From the sequence record PZ402301.1: DNA of 64,000 bases. The stretch is one strand, 5' to 3'. The DNA is from a phage. A program made the translations under genes and the position numbers. The notes below the pieces were generated by a model. That model worked only from the letters and a program-made list of their open reading frames with translations, was not told the origin of the DNA and searched no databases. Positions 63,069 through 64,000 of the stretch are shown here, piece after piece (the stretch's first letter is position 1; the number at the start of each line of letters is the position of its first letter).

Positions 63069-64000
63069 TAAATTCTTCCATATCACTTAACTGATCTAGG
63101 TCAGTTTCTAAATCAGCTGCTGATTTACTTTTACTTTCTGGAGATTTAAATTTTTCAACCTTTGAGTTAATCAATTCATCAACTTCAGCTTCAACAATTT
63201 CATTACTATCAATAGCACCTAACTGATAAGCGCGTTTAATAGCATCTCGGAATGGTTGATGCTTAAATAAAGGACCCCAGAATGTAGTACAGTTGGTATC
63301 TTTTGCACGCCAAGATTTTTCTTCGCGAATCATCTCGCCGGTTTCTTCATCAAGAAATTCACGAGCATACCAGCCATTTTTAGGTTTTACTACAAATCCT
63401 AATTCAAGAGCCATATCTAACAATCCAGAATAAGGATCGATACCACCGTCAAATTTAACATCAATAAAGAATTTACTTTTTTCTTTAACAGTACGAGATT
63501 TTTCTACATTTAGAACAAATTGATACCCCTGAAGATCAGAACCATCTTTAATCTGGCGCTTACCGATAATGAATACAGTATCAGCCGAATACATTACGCC
63601 TGTACCACCTGTCATCACGGTTTTACTAAACATTTCAATTGTTTCAATTGTATGGTTAACCGCAACACATGGAATGTTTTTAATACTAAAATAAGGAGTA
63701 ACAATACGGAATAATGACTTCAGTGATTTAGCACGAGTCATATCTGCCACAGATTTTTCATTCAAGGCATCTTCCGTTTCTTTCTTAGAAGCCATATTAC
63801 CGATTGAGTCGATGAATACAATAACTTTTTCACCGCGCTCGATAGCTTCAAGCTGATTCACCATATCAATTTTCAGTTGTTCAACTGACTGAATTGGCGT
63901 ATGAATTACTCGTTCAGGGTCAACTCCCATGGACCGCAAATAAGCTGGAGTAATACCAAATTCGCTATCATAAAATAGACAAACCGCGTCAGGATATTTG
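63061..64000 (-). CDS. uvsX: UvsX RecA-like recombinase, partial (5' end beyond window end)
   Basis: Open frame continues to position 64000; visible 313 aa resemble T4 UvsX C-terminal two-thirds. Confidence 0.9.
   Translation of the reverse strand, partial: KYPDAVCLFYDSEFGITPAYLRSMGVDPERVIHTPIQSVEQLKIDMVNQLEAIERGEKVIVFIDSIGNMASKKETEDALNEKSVADMTRAKSLKSLFRIVTPYFSIKNIPCVAVNHTIETIEMFSKTVMTGGTGVMYSADTVFIIGKRQIKDGSDLQGYQFVLNVEKSRTVKEKSKFFIDVKFDGGIDPYSGLLDMALELGFVVKPKNGWYAREFLDEETGEMIREEKSWRAKDTNCTTFWGPLFKHQPFRDAIKRAYQLGAIDSNEIVEAEVDELINSKVEKFKSPESKSKSAADLETDLDQLSDMEEFNE

Overview
This window is a 64-kb stretch of a T-even (T4-like, Tequatrovirus) coliphage genome and is colinear with phage T4 almost gene for gene. 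Reading left to right: a 30.x-like block, rIII, 31, cd, pseT, a spanin pair, alc, rnlA, denA, nrdB, nrdA, td, frd, 32, 59, 33, dsbA, rnh (all on the minus strand, early/middle genes); then the plus-strand late operon 34-35-36-37-38 and holin t; then minus-strand asiA, arn, motA, 52, ac, stp, ndd, denB, rIIB, rIIA, 39, dexA, dda, modA, modB, soc, 56, dam, 61, sp, dmd, 41, 40 and the 3' part of uvsX. Assignments rest on reading the translated ORFs against remembered T4 proteins and motifs; no database search was run. The phage looks T2/T6-type rather than T4 itself: nrdB and td are uninterrupted, no homing-endonuclease genes sit at the T4 insertion points (nrdA/nrdB, 32/59, soc/56, 39/60), gene 39 is a single 606-aa ORF covering the T4 39+60 region, and gene 38 is the long glycine-rich adhesin type. 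About 20 minus-strand early-promoter-like sites (GTTTAC -35, TATAAT-like -10), late TATAAATA promoters for 34, 36 and soc, and several hairpin terminators are visible. I found no CRISPR array, tRNA gene, integrase or transposase. The best candidates for something undescribed are small accessory loci that break the T4 pattern: a 186-aa ORF with a PD-(D/E)XK-like signature translationally coupled to dam, an opposite-strand 66-aa membrane ORF next to it, and a 119-aa ORF inserted between frd and td. All three are sequence-only inferences, and I cannot exclude that they have known T-even homologues.
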